Position numbers and translations under genes: made by a program. Positions 39,496-49,429 of a stretch of DNA of 56,932 nucleotides are shown in pieces. The notes under the pieces are model-generated. The model made no database searches and was not told where the DNA came from. It saw only the letters and a program-made list of their open reading frames with translations. The stretch is from Nitrospirota bacterium (GTDB taxonomy: Bacteria > Nitrospirota > Thermodesulfovibrionia > Thermodesulfovibrionales > SM23-35). The stretch's first letter is position 1, and each line of letters starts with the position of its first letter. The stretch spans positions 2,303-59,234 of the forward strand of contig JBFMDQ010000007.1 in NCBI GenBank assembly GCA_040753955.1. The letters are read 5' to 3'.

Positions 39496-40260
39496 CTACA
39501 ACCTCACGGGAATTCCCCGCCTATCTAAATATTCTTTCATCTCTTTAATCGTATATTTTCCAAAGTGTGCAATTGAGGCAACAAGGACGGCATCTGCATG
39601 GCCTTCAGTGATGGCTCTATAGAGGTGTTCGAGTGTCCCAGCGCCACCCGAGGCTATTACAGGCAGACTCACGGCATCTGCTATTGCCCTCGTCATCGGG
39701 ATGTCATATCCAGCCTGTGTGCCGTCTGTGTCTATACTTGTTGGCAATATCGAGCCAGCCCCTAAATCCCCAATCTGTTTCGCCCATTCAACGGCATCTA
39801 TCCCTGTGGGTTTCGTCCCACCGCTTATCATTACCTCAAAGCCCGATGGAAGCCTTGTTGATCTGCGTGTGTCTATGGCAATTGCGATCTTTTCTCTGCC
39901 AAATTCTCTCGAGGCTTCTTTGACTAAATCAGGCTTTTTTACTGCTGCTGTATTGATGGATACCTTTGATGCTCCAATGTCCATTAAACCCTGAATGTCC
40001 TTGATACTCCTGATACCTCCGCCAACTGTAAGAGGCACGTTAATTCTTTCTATAGTTCTCTTCACAGTATCGATAAGTGTCTTTCTATCCTCGATCGTTG
40101 CGGTAATGTCAAGTAACACCAATTCGTCCGCGCCTGCTTCGCTATAAGTGGCTCCGGCTTCTGCTGGATCACCTACATCCTTCAAGTTAATAAAATGAAC
40201 ACCCTTAACTAAGCGACCACCTTTTACGTCTAAACAGGGAATGATTCTTCTGTAATCCAT
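39496..40260 (-). CDS. hisF: Imidazole glycerol phosphate synthase cyclase subunit
   Basis: RIIPCLDV, GADEL..LDITA, PLTVGGGI, DGT..GYD, PVIASGGAG. Confidence 0.95.
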   Translation of the reverse strand: MDYRRIIPCLDVKGGRLVKGVHFINLKDVGDPAEAGATYSEAGADELVLLDITATIEDRKTLIDTVKRTIERINVPLTVGGGIRSIKDIQGLMDIGASKVSINTAAVKKPDLVKEASREFGREKIAIAIDTRRSTRLPSGFEVMISGGTKPTGIDAVEWAKQIGDLGAGSILPTSIDTDGTQAGYDIPMTRAIADAVSLPVIASGGAGTLEHLYRAITEGHADAVLVASIAHFGKYTIKEMKEYLDRRGIPVRL

Positions 40261-40346
40261 ATGCGTTCCTCCTCTCTACGAGTCATCGACTATATTTCTT
40301 TAGTAAGCCCGCGAGATGTTGCAAAATCCTTTCCTTTCGTCTAATT

Positions 40347-42458
40347 CTAAAGAGTAGCACGGAGCTTTGAAAAATCTGCAATAGTTGAGGCGGTTCTCCA
40401 GACCTCTTTCAGCAATGCCAGCCTGTTCTGCCTTATCTCTTCCCGTTTGTCCATCACAAGGACATGGTCAAAGAAATGGCTAACTGGATCTGTAAGGGAG
40501 GAGAGGAGACTGATTACATTATAATACCTTTTTTCCTTAAGAAGGACAGGGAGATCAGATTTTACATAATCGAGTTTTTCCTTAAGCCTCTTCTCAGCCT
40601 CTTCTATAAGGAGTTCTGCCTTTAATTCAGGAATTACCTCCTTCGGAATAATATTATTAACGCGTTTCATTGCGAGGAGGAAATTGTTGTAATCCTTGTC
40701 CTCTTTTAATCTCTTCAGGGCGTCAAGCCTTCCCTCTATTTCCTTTAGATGTAAATCAAGCGACATGGAAAGGATTGACTGTACAAGGTCAGGACTATAT
40801 CCCTTGCCAGAAAATAGGGGTTCAAGCCTCTGCTCGAAGAACTGAAAGATTTTTTCCTCTATCTCCCCCAGCGAGGGGAATACACTTGACAAGTTCTGTA
40901 AGGCCTTGTCTATCAGATCTCTCAGGGGTAGATGATAGCCCCTCTCTAACAGTATCGCTATAATTCCGAGTGCCTGCCTTCTAAGGGCAAAAGGGTCTTC
41001 AGAGCCTGTAGGTGTAAGCCCTATAGAAAAAAAGGCAGCTATATTATCTATTTTATCAGCTATGCTGAGAAGTGCTCCAACTTCTGTCTGTGGAAGTATT
41101 CCGCCTGAATGTGCTGGAAGATACTGTTCTTCCATAGCTTCTGCAACCTCGCTGTCTTCTCCATCATGCATAGCATAGTATTTACCCATGATTCCTTGTA
41201 GTTCAGGGAACTCCCTTACAATCCCTGTTAAGAGGTCTGTTTTTGAAAGCCATGCAGCACGAGCAAGCTTGCCTTTTACAGAAGGCGAAAGCCTCTCAGC
41301 AAGAAACTCCGCAATAGAGACCGCCCGTTCTGTCTTTTCATATAGACTTCCGAGTCTCTCCTGGTAGGTAACTTTTCTTAGTTCCTCTATCCTCTCATAA
41401 AGCAGTTTTTTTCTGTCCTCTTCGAAATAAAATTTTGCATCCTCAAGCCTTGCCTTAATAACTCGCTCTGCGCCAATCCTAACTGTCTCTTCATTTTCTT
41501 CTTTTGTATTGCTTATGACAATAAAGTGATTGATCAGTCTGCCTTCTCCATCTTCTATAGCAAAGCATCTCAGATGGTCCTTCATGACTGTAATAAGTAA
41601 TTCTTTTGGAAGTTCCAGATATCCTTTCTGAAAGCTACATAGCACAGGGAACGGATATTCAACAAGGAAATTAACTGTCTCGATGAGTTCTTCATCCTCT
41701 ACGGGTTTACCCTCTGCTGAAGCAGAAAGCCTCCTGACGCCCTCAAGAATTGTCTTTTTTCTTTCTTCCTGGTCGAGGATTACAGAGCTGTTTTTGAGAA
41801 GGTTTGTGTAAGTCGATATCTCTTCCACCTCAAATGCGGCTGGTGAAAGGAAACGGTGCCCCCATGTCATGTTACTGCTTTTTATTCCGTCAATCTCAAA
41901 AGGAATGACATCCTTACCAAACATCGCTAATAGCCAGTGTATTGGCCTGGCAAATCTAATACTACCATTTCCCCATCTCATGGTCTTAGGGAAGCGTATT
42001 GAAAGGGTAATCTTTTTTAATACTTCTGGCAGAAGGTCTCTAACAGCTAACCTTTTCTCTTCAATCACTGCAGCCACATATTCGCCCTTATCCCTCTTTT
42101 TTACAATAAGACTCTCTACATTTACTCCTTGAGAGTTCGCAAACTTCAAGGCTGCCTCTGTTGGATTGCCTTCCTCGTCAAAGGCTACCCTTTTTGCAGG
42201 ACCGAATACCTCCCTCGCACGGCCTGCCTGTAGCTCTGGCAATCTAGCAACTATAAGAACAAGTCTTCTCGGTGTTGCATAGGCCTTTATTTCTGAAAAA
42301 TGGATATAGTTTTCACTCAGGATTGTGGCAGCATTTTCCTTTAAGCTCTGGATTGCCCCAGGCAGGAACCTTGCAGGTATCTCCTCTGTGCCTATCTCCA
42401 ACAATAGTGAGGAGTGAGGAGTGAGGAGTGAAGGGTTATTTTTAATGTCATGATTCAT
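40347..42458 (-). CDS. glyS: Glycyl-tRNA synthetase beta subunit
   Basis: LLEIGTEEIP, TPRRL, F.RP..W, EFPELQG.MG, DPFALRR. Confidence 0.97.
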   Translation of the reverse strand: MNHDIKNNPSLLTPHSSLLLEIGTEEIPARFLPGAIQSLKENAATILSENYIHFSEIKAYATPRRLVLIVARLPELQAGRAREVFGPAKRVAFDEEGNPTEAALKFANSQGVNVESLIVKKRDKGEYVAAVIEEKRLAVRDLLPEVLKKITLSIRFPKTMRWGNGSIRFARPIHWLLAMFGKDVIPFEIDGIKSSNMTWGHRFLSPAAFEVEEISTYTNLLKNSSVILDQEERKKTILEGVRRLSASAEGKPVEDEELIETVNFLVEYPFPVLCSFQKGYLELPKELLITVMKDHLRCFAIEDGEGRLINHFIVISNTKEENEETVRIGAERVIKARLEDAKFYFEEDRKKLLYERIEELRKVTYQERLGSLYEKTERAVSIAEFLAERLSPSVKGKLARAAWLSKTDLLTGIVREFPELQGIMGKYYAMHDGEDSEVAEAMEEQYLPAHSGGILPQTEVGALLSIADKIDNIAAFFSIGLTPTGSEDPFALRRQALGIIAILLERGYHLPLRDLIDKALQNLSSVFPSLGEIEEKIFQFFEQRLEPLFSGKGYSPDLVQSILSMSLDLHLKEIEGRLDALKRLKEDKDYNNFLLAMKRVNNIIPKEVIPELKAELLIEEAEKRLKEKLDYVKSDLPVLLKEKRYYNVISLLSSLTDPVSHFFDHVLVMDKREEIRQNRLALLKEVWRTASTIADFSKLRATL
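42406..42433. repeat. 7-nt repeat arm absorbed into the glyS N-terminus
   Basis: AGTGAGG x3 plus AGTGAAG; encodes PSLLTPHSS. Confidence 0.8.
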
Positions 42459-42475
42459 TCCTGTTTTCTATTTCT

Positions 42476-43351
42476 TTAAACTTTTAACTCAAGAAGGGGG
42501 AATGCCTTTTCTTCTCTCTGTTTGTAATATGCCTCTGCACAGAGTCGAGCAAGATTCCTTACGCGCGCAATGTATCCCGTCCTCTCCGTGACAGAAAGGA
42601 TACCCCTTGCATCAAGGAGATTAAAGGTATGTGAACACTTCAAGCAAAACTCATAAGAAGGAAGCACGAGGCCGAGTTCATTGAGTCTGATTGACTCTCT
42701 CTCATATCCATCAAAATGTCTTGTTAACAGCTCTGTATCAGCATAATCAAAATTGTACCTCGAGAATTCTACCTCGCCAGTATGGTGCATTTCTCCATAT
42801 TTTATGTCCCTGCACCAGAAAAGATTAAATACATTATCCACTTCCTGGAGGTACATGGCAATCCTCTCCAGTCCATATGTCAATTCAAGTGAGACGGGTT
42901 TAAGATCAATACCTCCAACCTGCTGGAAATAGGTAAACTGGGTGATCTCCATACCATCGAGCCATACCTCCCAGCCAAGACCCCAGGCACCGAGGGTGGG
43001 TGATTCCCAATCGTCCTCTACAAACCGTATATCGTGTTTGAGTGGGTCTATACCTAAATAGGAAAGGCTTTCGAGATACACTTCCTGACTATCGGGTGGA
43101 GATGGTTTCAGTATGACCTGATACTGGTAGTAGTGCTGAAGCCTGTTAGGATTTTCCCCATATCTACCGTCCGTTGGCCTTCTCGAGGGCTCAACATAGG
43201 CTGTTCTCCATGGCTCCGGCCCCAAGACCCTGAAGAATGTCGCAGGATGAAATGTCCCAGCTCCCACCTCCACATCATAGGGCTGAAGGATAATACAACC
43301 TTTTTCTGACCAGAACTGGTGAAGTCTTAAAATCAATTCCTGAAAATACAT
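42476..43351 (-). CDS. glyQ: Glycyl-tRNA synthetase alpha subunit
   Basis: [33 protein letters not shown]. Confidence 0.98.
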   Translation of the reverse strand: MYFQELILRLHQFWSEKGCIILQPYDVEVGAGTFHPATFFRVLGPEPWRTAYVEPSRRPTDGRYGENPNRLQHYYQYQVILKPSPPDSQEVYLESLSYLGIDPLKHDIRFVEDDWESPTLGAWGLGWEVWLDGMEITQFTYFQQVGGIDLKPVSLELTYGLERIAMYLQEVDNVFNLFWCRDIKYGEMHHTGEVEFSRYNFDYADTELLTRHFDGYERESIRLNELGLVLPSYEFCLKCSHTFNLLDARGILSVTERTGYIARVRNLARLCAEAYYKQREEKAFPLLELKV

Positions 43352-43361
43352 AATGAAATCC

Positions 43362-43470
43362 GTTTCTTAGTTTATTTAGTTTACCTGGTTTACCCAGTTT
43401 ATTGTGTTTACGAGCTCTTAATAAACCCAAGAAACGCAACAAACTTGAGAAACTCAAGAAACCAACAAAA
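43362..43470. repeat. Inverted 9-nt-period repeat element in the glyQ leader
   Basis: GTTT at 43370/79/88/97/43406 and AAAC at 43423/32/41/50/59. Confidence 0.8.
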
Positions 43471-43596
43471 AAATCATAAAGTAAGGGTAAAGTCTTTGTC
43501 AAATCACCTTACTTCGCCTCTCCCTTATTTCCCTCCTCGGCAAGGAGGGGTTATGAGATGAACTGATTAAAGGATTTTTGTGTTATAATTTCAGGC

Positions 43597-44685
43597 GTGA
43601 ATAAAAAAATTCTCATGAAAGGCAATGAAGTGATTGCTGAGGCAGCAATTCAGGCGGGTTGTCGCTTCTATGCAGGATACCCAATAACTCCCCAGAATGA
43701 GATACCTGAGTATATGTCGTGGAGGATGCCTGAGGCAGACGGTGTCTTTATCCAGGCCGAAAGCGAACTATCTGCAATAAATATGGTCTATGGTGCATCT
43801 GCTGCTGGTGTAAGGGCCATGACCTCATCAAGCAGCCCGGGAATGAGCCTGAAGCAGGAGGCGATATCATACCTTGCAGGTGCGGAGCTTCCTGCTGTCA
43901 TCGTTAACGTGCAGAGAGGAGGGCCCGGCCTCGGGAATATCTCAGGTAGCCAAGCAGATTATTTTCAGGCAGTAAAAGGTGGTGGCCACGGCGACTATAA
44001 ATTACTTGTCTATGCGCCTTTCAATCTTCAGGAAATGTGGGACCTCACGATGCTCGCCTTCGATAAGGCGGATGAATATAGGAATCCTGTGATGATCCTT
44101 ACTGATGGTGTAATTGGCCAGATGATTGAGCCTCTTTATCCAACACCTTATGTAAGACCAGAACTTCCTGAAAAAGACTGGATACTCGATGGATGCAAGG
44201 ACAGGGAACCACGAATGATCAAATCCCTTTATATGGGGGAGGGTGAACTTGAAATGAGAAATCTTATCCTGCAGAGAAAATATGAAAAGATGAGAGAAAA
44301 AGAGGTGAAGTTTGTTGGCTATCACGTTGAAGACTCAGAGGTTTTAGTAGTTGCCTTTGGAATTGCTGCACGTATTGCCCTTTCTTCGGTGAGAAGGCTA
44401 AGACGTGATGGATTTAAAGTCGGCCTTTTCAGACCAGTTACCCTCTTTCCCTTTCCTGAAAAAGAACTCTCTATGCTTGCTGAAGAAAATAGGCGGTTTA
44501 TTACAATAGAGATGAACGCCGGCCAGATGGTCGAAGATGTGAAACTGGCAATTAATGGTAAATCCAAGGTACTCTTTTACGGAAGGCCTGGCGGGTCTAT
44601 CTTTACACCTGAAGAGGTTCAGGAAAAGATAAAGCAGTCATTAAATTACCAGCCTCATTTAGCAAAAACAAACCTTATTCTCTAA
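43597..44685 (+). CDS. vorB: 2-oxoacid:ferredoxin oxidoreductase alpha subunit (VorB-like)
   Basis: GYPITPQ, QAESE, TSSSSPG.SLKQE, RGGPGLG, EMN.GQM. Confidence 0.85.
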   Translation: MNKKILMKGNEVIAEAAIQAGCRFYAGYPITPQNEIPEYMSWRMPEADGVFIQAESELSAINMVYGASAAGVRAMTSSSSPGMSLKQEAISYLAGAELPAVIVNVQRGGPGLGNISGSQADYFQAVKGGGHGDYKLLVYAPFNLQEMWDLTMLAFDKADEYRNPVMILTDGVIGQMIEPLYPTPYVRPELPEKDWILDGCKDREPRMIKSLYMGEGELEMRNLILQRKYEKMREKEVKFVGYHVEDSEVLVVAFGIAARIALSSVRRLRRDGFKVGLFRPVTLFPFPEKELSMLAEENRRFITIEMNAGQMVEDVKLAINGKSKVLFYGRPGGSIFTPEEVQEKIKQSLNYQPHLAKTNLIL

Positions 44686-44846
44686 TGTTGTTCTTTGTCT
44701 TTGTCCTCTGAATCTATTAGCTCAGCATCCTTTCGGGTACTGACTCCTTTGTTAAAACGTCGCTGCCTTTTCTCCTCCTGCTTTTTCAGACGGGACAGTT
44801 CTTTTCTCCTCTTTTCACTTTTATATGCCCCAGCATGTTTTACCAT
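44682..44846 (-). CDS. Small basic hypothetical protein (54 aa)
   Basis: EKRRKELSRLKKQEEKRQRR; AAGGGGG Shine-Dalgarno before ATG 44846. Confidence 0.7.
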   Translation of the reverse strand: MVKHAGAYKSEKRRKELSRLKKQEEKRQRRFNKGVSTRKDAELIDSEDKDKEQH

Positions 44847-44977
44847 GTGACCCCCTTGATTTATAGTCATAATAGCATGGAGAACAAGTTTAATGCTAAA
44901 CCTTTATGGTGATCACTCATTCAATACTTTTGCCGTAAGCCTTGGAATCATGAACATTTCAAACCTTGTAGAAAGTA

Positions 44978-45116
44978 TTTACCCCGCACCATGCCAGAAT
45001 GCCCTAACCTTTGGTTGGGGATGAATAGCACTATAGATTTTCCTTATTGCAAGGGTGGGTTTAAAGCCCCACCCTTGCAGCCCCTGCAACATGCGTTAGC
45101 ATGGTGCGGGGTTTAC
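44978..45116. mobile_element. TTTAC-bounded miniature element with IS200/IS605-like internal hairpins
   Basis: 14-bp perfect inverted repeat ACCCCGCACCATGC (44981-44994 / 45099-45112); hairpins at 45001-45020 and 45047-45080. Confidence 0.65.
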
Positions 45117-45176
45117 TTTTTATTTTCAAGTATGTTATCTTTTTCTACAAGTTTCAGAAGTTTTTGTAACTGATAA

Positions 45177-45212
45177 GGCCACAAAGACTTTTAGGCTTTG
45201 TGGCCCTTTTTT
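45177..45212 (+). promoter_or_regulatory. Terminator-like hairpin in the csp 5' leader
   Basis: GGCCACAAAG-N9-CTTTGTGGCC followed by CTTTTTT, 52 nt before the ATG. Confidence 0.6.
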
Positions 45213-45264
45213 GTTAGGCTAAGTTCATTCTGAGACTTTAGTCTATGTGTAAGGAGGTAAAAAG

Positions 45265-45465
45265 ATGGCTAAAGGAACAGTTAAGTGGTTCAATGAGTCC
45301 AAGGGTTTTGGCTTTATCACACGCGATGACGGCAGTGACGTTTTTGTCCACTATTCCTCTATCCAGGGCAACGGATTTAAGTCTCTTGCCGAGGGTGATA
45401 CAGTCAGCTTTGATGTTGAAAAAGGCCAAAAAGGTCTTAAGGCAATCAATGTGATTAAACTTTAA
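45265..45465 (+). CDS. cspA: Cold-shock protein
   Basis: GTVKWFN..KGFGFI, DVFVH; 66 aa. Confidence 0.95.
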   Translation: MAKGTVKWFNESKGFGFITRDDGSDVFVHYSSIQGNGFKSLAEGDTVSFDVEKGQKGLKAINVIKL

Positions 45466-45473
45466 TTGACGGC

Positions 45474-45502
45474 AAAAGCCCCCTGTTAAACAGGGGGCTT
45501 TT
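45474..45502 (+). terminator. Intrinsic terminator
   Basis: AAAAGCCCCCTGT-TAA-ACAGGGGGCTTTT. Confidence 0.8.
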
Positions 45503-45518
45503 ATATTGAAAGGAGAAA

Positions 45519-45905
45519 ATGGCACACAAACAAAATTATGTGGAAAGGATGGAACTGAACAAACAACTCAGACGTGCATCTGGTTTGGTCTCTGAACGCT
45601 TTCCTGAAGTTTCAGGCATAGTAATTCATATGACTTACTATCATAAAGGAGTAAGTCCTATTCTCATGGTGCGCACTGTTAATTTCTTCCCCTCTGGTTA
45701 TGCATATTTTAATATGGACTGCATGATAAAGGGCTGTGTCGGCGGTGGTTTTGATTTAACCTCAGTGATTACTGATATGATTAAACATCATAAGAAGTTG
45801 GGAAAGGGAAAACTCGTTTGTAATGGAAAAGGTGATACCCTTGCCTCTGACCATGCAAGCATTGCCTACGAAATCAGGATACAGTACAACAAACAGTCTC
45901 AATAA
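45519..45905 (+). CDS. Hypothetical protein with a Cys/His cluster
   Basis: AAGGAG Shine-Dalgarno; CxxxxCxGGGFDL...C...H. Confidence 0.75.
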   Translation: MAHKQNYVERMELNKQLRRASGLVSERFPEVSGIVIHMTYYHKGVSPILMVRTVNFFPSGYAYFNMDCMIKGCVGGGFDLTSVITDMIKHHKKLGKGKLVCNGKGDTLASDHASIAYEIRIQYNKQSQ

Positions 45906-45906
45906 C

Positions 45907-46449
45907 CTAACTGATTTTATCAAACTCCCTCTTAAAGTATCCCAGTGTAAGGTCGTCATAGACACAGAATTCTATGAGTTCAAGGCTGCTCTCTGGATCC
46001 TTCTCTGTATAATTCACCGCCTCTTTTACCAGTATTTCAGCGCATCTATCCTTGGGGAATCCAAAAATACCAGAGCTTATTGCAGGTATAGATATGCTCT
46101 TTAAGCCCCTTTCTGATGCAAGCATAAGACTGTTCAAAATAGCACTCTCCAGCTTATTATCCTCATCTCCTTCACCCATCCTCGGACCAACTGCATGGAT
46201 GACGAATTTTGCAGGTAACTTCCCCGCACCTGTAATAACTGCGGTGCCAACAGGTGTATACCCTATTTTGTTACTCTCTTCCTGTATTATTTGACCCCCT
46301 TTCCTTACAATAGCGCCTGCGACTCCTCCACCATGCTGAAGCCAAGAATTGGCCGCATTTACTATCGCATCTACATCTCTCTCTGTAATGTCTCCCTGAA
46401 CAAGCCTCAGGGTTTTCCTGTTAATGGTTTTCTCAGAAATAACCTTCAT
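45907..46449 (-). CDS. Macro-domain protein (YmdB-like)
   Basis: GDIT, AIVNAAN..L.HGGGVAGAI, VIHAVGP, PAISSGIFGFP; AGGGAGG before ATG 46449. Confidence 0.93.
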   Translation of the reverse strand: MKVISEKTINRKTLRLVQGDITERDVDAIVNAANSWLQHGGGVAGAIVRKGGQIIQEESNKIGYTPVGTAVITGAGKLPAKFVIHAVGPRMGEGDEDNKLESAILNSLMLASERGLKSISIPAISSGIFGFPKDRCAEILVKEAVNYTEKDPESSLELIEFCVYDDLTLGYFKREFDKIS

Positions 46450-46465
46450 AAACCTCCCTTTTTTA

Positions 46466-46596
46466 AAATAACCAATAATCAATAACCAAGCACCAAATAA
46501 GCTCCGATAATCAATTCATCAAATAAGCACCGTGTTGGTTATTGGTAATTGAATATTGGTCATCATTTGGTTATTGTAATTTGGTGATTGGTTATT
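46466..46596. repeat. Empty inverted 7-nt repeat element (ATAACCA/TGGTTAT)
   Basis: First 40 nt match 28879-28918 at 38 positions; complementary TGGTTAT arm. Confidence 0.85.
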
Positions 46597-46656
46597 CCCG
46601 TTCCCGCTCCGGTTATTTAACCATTATGATATAATATAAAAAATTGGAGGGTATAA

Positions 46657-48315
46657 ATACCAGCACTCTACGGAAATCTGACAGGGCTCAAGGCCAGCTA
46701 TCTTAACTCCCTCGAGAGGGTTTACCGGAGAAAGGTACATAGCGAGATAGTCACCCCCGAGCTTGGAAGATACCTTACTGAGCTCTCTTCTGAAACAGGT
46801 CGCCAAGTAGGCATTCTCATTGACAGGGATGGCACTATTACCCATGTAATTGTTGGTGATGCAAAGGGAATCGTTATTCCTCCGCTTGAGGATTATCCTG
46901 TAGGAAGAAGGGCTTTAAGAGGACTCAGGCTTGTGCATACCCACTTGAAAGAAGAGCCCCTCAATCGAGATGACCTTACTGACCTTGCCTTATTAAGGCT
47001 CGACCTCATAGCAGCAATATCTGTAAAAGATGGGTTACCAGGAAATATCTACGTAGCACATCTAATGCCTTCGGGCTCAGAAAAGGAAATAGAAGTACTA
47101 CCCTCAAAAAATTTCTATGCCTTTAAACTGGATTTTAATCCCTTTATACAATCTCTCGAAGAGGAGATGGAAAGGGCGATAATCTTTGACCAGAGAGATG
47201 GGAAAGAAAGGGCGATACTGGTAAGTATTTCGACAAGACCAAGATATGAGCAGGAAGATTCTGTAGAAGAGCTAAAGGAGCTTGCCCGATCAAGCGATGT
47301 AATCGTCCTCGATGCTGTTATCCAGAGACCAAAGGAGATTAACCCGAAATATCTTATGGGTGAAGGAAAGCTTAAAGAGCTCATTATGAATGCCATGAAT
47401 AAAGGTGCAACACTTCTGATATTTGACCAGGACCTGAGCCCATCTCAGGCAAAGGCAATAGCAGAGTCCACTGAACTTAAGGTAATAGACCGCACGCAGC
47501 TCATCCTGGATATCTTTGCGAGGCGTGCACACAGTAAGGATGGAAAGGTACAGGTTGAACTTGCACAGCTCAACTACAGGCTACCAAGGCTTACGGGTAA
47601 GGGGACAGCTATGTCCCGTCTGATGGGAGGAATTGGTGGAAGAGGACCCGGAGAGATGAAACTTGAGGTAGACAGGAGGCGGGTACGCGAGAAGATAAAC
47701 CTGCTCGAGAAAGAACTGAAGTCTCTAAGCGAGGCAAGGCGACAGAGGAGACATAAAAGGGTTCGGAGAGACATTCCGATCGTCTCCATTATAGGGTATA
47801 CCAATGCTGGAAAATCAACGCTCCTCAATGCCCTTACGAAGAGCTCTGTATTTATCGAAGACAAGATGTTTGCAACCCTCGACACCTCAAGCAGGCGCTT
47901 GAGGTTCCCGAGAGAGAGGGAGGTTATTATTACCGATACTGTTGGCTTCATAAGAAACCTTCCAAAGGATCTAATAGCAGCATTCAGAGCAACCCTTGAG
48001 GAGCTCGAGGATGCTGACTTATTATTGCACCTTGTTGATGTCTCAAACCCCCGTTTTGAGCAGCATATAGAATCTGTAGATAAAATACTCGAGGAGCTTC
48101 ATCTGTCCGAGAAATGGAAGCTTCTTGTCTTTAATAAGATAGACAGATTAGGTAATGAAGAGGCACAGAATCTCGCCCTGCGCTATGGCGCAGTCGCAAT
48201 CTCAGCACTCGATTCGTCAACATTTCAGCCCCTTCTAAATGCTATAGAAGAACGGGTCTTCTTGCCTCGGCGAGTCTTTGATAGTAATGGAAAACTGGCA
48301 GAAATGATAAGGTAA
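46657..48315 (+). CDS. hflX: Ribosome-splitting GTPase HflX, long form, probable ATA start
   Basis: Frame open from ATA 46657 ([12 protein letters not shown]...[10 protein letters not shown]...HTH); [21 protein letters not shown]. Confidence 0.92.
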   Translation: MPALYGNLTGLKASYLNSLERVYRRKVHSEIVTPELGRYLTELSSETGRQVGILIDRDGTITHVIVGDAKGIVIPPLEDYPVGRRALRGLRLVHTHLKEEPLNRDDLTDLALLRLDLIAAISVKDGLPGNIYVAHLMPSGSEKEIEVLPSKNFYAFKLDFNPFIQSLEEEMERAIIFDQRDGKERAILVSISTRPRYEQEDSVEELKELARSSDVIVLDAVIQRPKEINPKYLMGEGKLKELIMNAMNKGATLLIFDQDLSPSQAKAIAESTELKVIDRTQLILDIFARRAHSKDGKVQVELAQLNYRLPRLTGKGTAMSRLMGGIGGRGPGEMKLEVDRRRVREKINLLEKELKSLSEARRQRRHKRVRRDIPIVSIIGYTNAGKSTLLNALTKSSVFIEDKMFATLDTSSRRLRFPREREVIITDTVGFIRNLPKDLIAAFRATLEELEDADLLLHLVDVSNPRFEQHIESVDKILEELHLSEKWKLLVFNKIDRLGNEEAQNLALRYGAVAISALDSSTFQPLLNAIEERVFLPRRVFDSNGKLAEMIR

Positions 48316-48331
48316 CGCTAAGGCAGGTCAG

Positions 48332-49390
48332 ATGGAATTTACCCCCAAATGGATTGCATGGGAGATTACGAGGAGATGTAATCTTAAGTGCATACACTGC
48401 CGTTCTTCATCTGAAATAGAAGTAAAAGACCACCCTGATTTCTCCACAAAAGAGGCATTCAGAATCATAGAGGACATTATCGGTTACGCAAGACCTGTTG
48501 TTGTCCTTTCAGGGGGCGAGCCACTTCTCAGGGAGGACGTGTTTGATATTGCAAAATATGGCACAGATAAAGGCTTGAGGATGTGTCTTGCTACAAATGG
48601 TACACTCGTCAGGGATGATGTCTGCAATAAAATGAAAACATCAGGAATAAAGATAGTCTCTCTTAGCATTGATGGCTCAACAGAAAAAGCACATGACAAT
48701 TTCAGGAACCAGAAGGGTGCCTTCGATGGGAGTATAAGGGCAGCAAGCCTTTTTAAAAAACATGGTATCGAGTTTATCATCAATTCATCCATCACAAAGA
48801 GAAATCAGGAAGAGATTCCGAGAGTATATAAACTTGCGAAAGAAATCGGGGCAACGGCATGGTATATGTTTATGATAGTACCCACGGGCAGGGGTGAGGA
48901 GATAATGAATGAGCTTATTTCTAAGGAGGATTATGAGAAAATCCTCGAGTGGCATTACCAGATGGAAAAGGATGAAAAGGACATACTTGTAAGGCCTACA
49001 TGTGCGCCGCATTATTACAGGATAGTCTTTCAGAGGTCACGACAAGAGGGTGTTAAGTTTGAAAGGAGGACACTGAAATTTTCGACAGGTGGAGCTAAGG
49101 GTTGTATTGCTGGACAGGTTATATGCTTTATAGATGTTGATGGTAATGTGCTCCCTTGTAGTTACCTTCCTAAACCTGCAGGAAACATTAAAGAGCAATC
49201 CTTCAAAGATATATGGGAGAACTCGGAGCTCTTTAAAGAGCTCCGAGACTTCAAAACATATAAAGGCAAGTGCGGTTCGTGCGAATATATAACTGTCTGC
49301 GGAGGATGCCGCGCAAGGGCGTATGCCGTATATGGTGATTATCTTGAGGAAGAACCATTCTGCAGCTATATACCACGTAAATTGAAGTAG
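48332..49390 (+). CDS. Radical SAM/SPASM enzyme, AhbD/NirJ-like (heme biosynthesis)
   Basis: [31 protein letters not shown]....VCGGCRARA; upstream of hemE. Confidence 0.8.
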   Translation: MEFTPKWIAWEITRRCNLKCIHCRSSSEIEVKDHPDFSTKEAFRIIEDIIGYARPVVVLSGGEPLLREDVFDIAKYGTDKGLRMCLATNGTLVRDDVCNKMKTSGIKIVSLSIDGSTEKAHDNFRNQKGAFDGSIRAASLFKKHGIEFIINSSITKRNQEEIPRVYKLAKEIGATAWYMFMIVPTGRGEEIMNELISKEDYEKILEWHYQMEKDEKDILVRPTCAPHYYRIVFQRSRQEGVKFERRTLKFSTGGAKGCIAGQVICFIDVDGNVLPCSYLPKPAGNIKEQSFKDIWENSELFKELRDFKTYKGKCGSCEYITVCGGCRARAYAVYGDYLEEEPFCSYIPRKLK

Positions 49391-49412
49391 TAAGTAGAAA
49401 GTAGTTAGTAGT
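49385..49412. repeat. 7-nt repeat arm (AAGTAGT x4), complementary to 49780-49814
   Basis: AAGTAGT AAGTAGA AAGTAGT TAGTAGT. Confidence 0.9.
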
Positions 49413-49429
49413 TAAGGGAGGAAATAGAA

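Noticed and set aside
43275-43502. 75-aa ORF or T-box leader before glyQ
   Set aside because: The ORF derives from the 9-nt repeats and overlaps glyQ out of frame; no T-box consensus was seen.
44991-45173. 60-aa ORF
   Set aside because: It lies within the TTTAC-bounded palindromic element and has no Shine-Dalgarno.
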